From positions 1-64,000 of the forward strand of contig JBBQFN010000007.1 in the NCBI GenBank assembly GCA_038321985.1: DNA of 64,000 bases, in the 5' to 3' direction. Shown here one piece after another: positions 63,324 through 64,000 of the stretch. The notes under the pieces were generated by a model that saw only the letters and a program-made list of their open reading frames with translations, was not told the origin of the DNA and made no database searches. Source of the DNA: Cyanophyceae cyanobacterium (GTDB lineage: Bacteria; Cyanobacteriota; Cyanobacteriia; Cyanobacteriales; Laspinemataceae). The number at the start of each line of letters is the position of its first letter. The stretch's first letter is position 1. The translations under genes and the position numbers were made by a program.

Positions 63324-64000
63324 ATGGCCGTAACTGCTCCAACCAAACAATCCATCGAAGAACTTTGCATTAACAGCATCCGCTTCCTGGCGATCGATGC
63401 GGTAGAAAAAGCTAACTCCGGTCACCCCGGTTTACCCATGGGTGCAGCGCCAATGGCGTTCGTCCTTTGGGATAAATTCATGCGGTTCAACCCCAAAAAT
63501 CCCAAGTGGTTTAACCGCGATCGCTTTGTCCTCTCCGCCGGACATGGCTGTATGCTCCAGTACGCCCTACTTTATCTCACGGGCTACAGAGGCTTAGAAT
63601 TAGAAGACCTCAAGCAATTCCGTCAGTGGGAATCCAAAACCCCGGGTCACCCCGAAAACTTCCAAACCGAAGGAGTCGAAGTCACCACCGGACCTTTAGG
63701 ACAAGGAATTGCCAATGCCGTCGGTTTGGCTGTAGCTGAAGCCCACCTCGCCGCCAAATTTAACCAACCCGACCTCCAGATCGTTGACCACTACACCTAC
63801 GTCATCCTGGGCGATGGGTGCAACATGGAAGGTATTTCCGGTGAAGCTTGCTCTTTGGCCGGTCACTGGGGACTGGGTAAACTGATCGCCTTCTACGACG
63901 ATAACCACATTTCCATCGACGGTTCCACCGCTATCTCCTTTACCGAAGATGTCAGCAAGCGTTTTGAATCCTACAATTGGCACGTCCTCCACGTCGAAAA
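63324..64000 (+). CDS. tkt: Transketolase (runs off the window; absent from the ORF track)
   Basis: Hand translation: [40 protein letters not shown]...[12 protein letters not shown]. Confidence 0.95.
   Translation, partial: MAVTAPTKQSIEELCINSIRFLAIDAVEKANSGHPGLPMGAAPMAFVLWDKFMRFNPKNPKWFNRDRFVLSAGHGCMLQYALLYLTGYRGLELEDLKQFRQWESKTPGHPENFQTEGVEVTTGPLGQGIANAVGLAVAEAHLAAKFNQPDLQIVDHYTYVILGDGCNMEGISGEACSLAGHWGLGKLIAFYDDNHISIDGSTAISFTEDVSKRFESYNWHVLHVE

Noticed and set aside
63696..63992. 98-aa minus-strand ORF
   Set aside because: Antisense to transketolase.

Overview
Cyanobacterial chromosome segment. The HIP1 octamer GCGATCGC is dense throughout, and psaC, a desB-type desaturase and a cyanobacterial mrp operon are present. 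Most of the window is housekeeping or typical cyanobacterial genes (leuS, metH, glmS, acpP-fabF-tkt, mrp, SNF2+SWIM, GGDEF, P450). The standout region is a ~5.3 kb accessory patch between metH and the 3' end of glmS (about 51.8-57.2 kb). It holds a stand-alone 499-aa YADD reverse transcriptase with group II intron-like motifs but no recognisable intron domain V/VI, no cas genes and no DGR or retron hallmarks. The RT is preceded on its own strand by a ~320-nt, densely base-paired non-coding leader with a candidate promoter, and is surrounded by toxin-antitoxin modules, with direct repeats flanking one TA pair and queD. This RT + structured RNA pair is the best candidate for an undescribed system. 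Second highlight: LeuRS carries an in-frame insertion with two identical 33-aa DUF2934-like units that differ only at synonymous sites. All family assignments come from motif recognition, not database searches.
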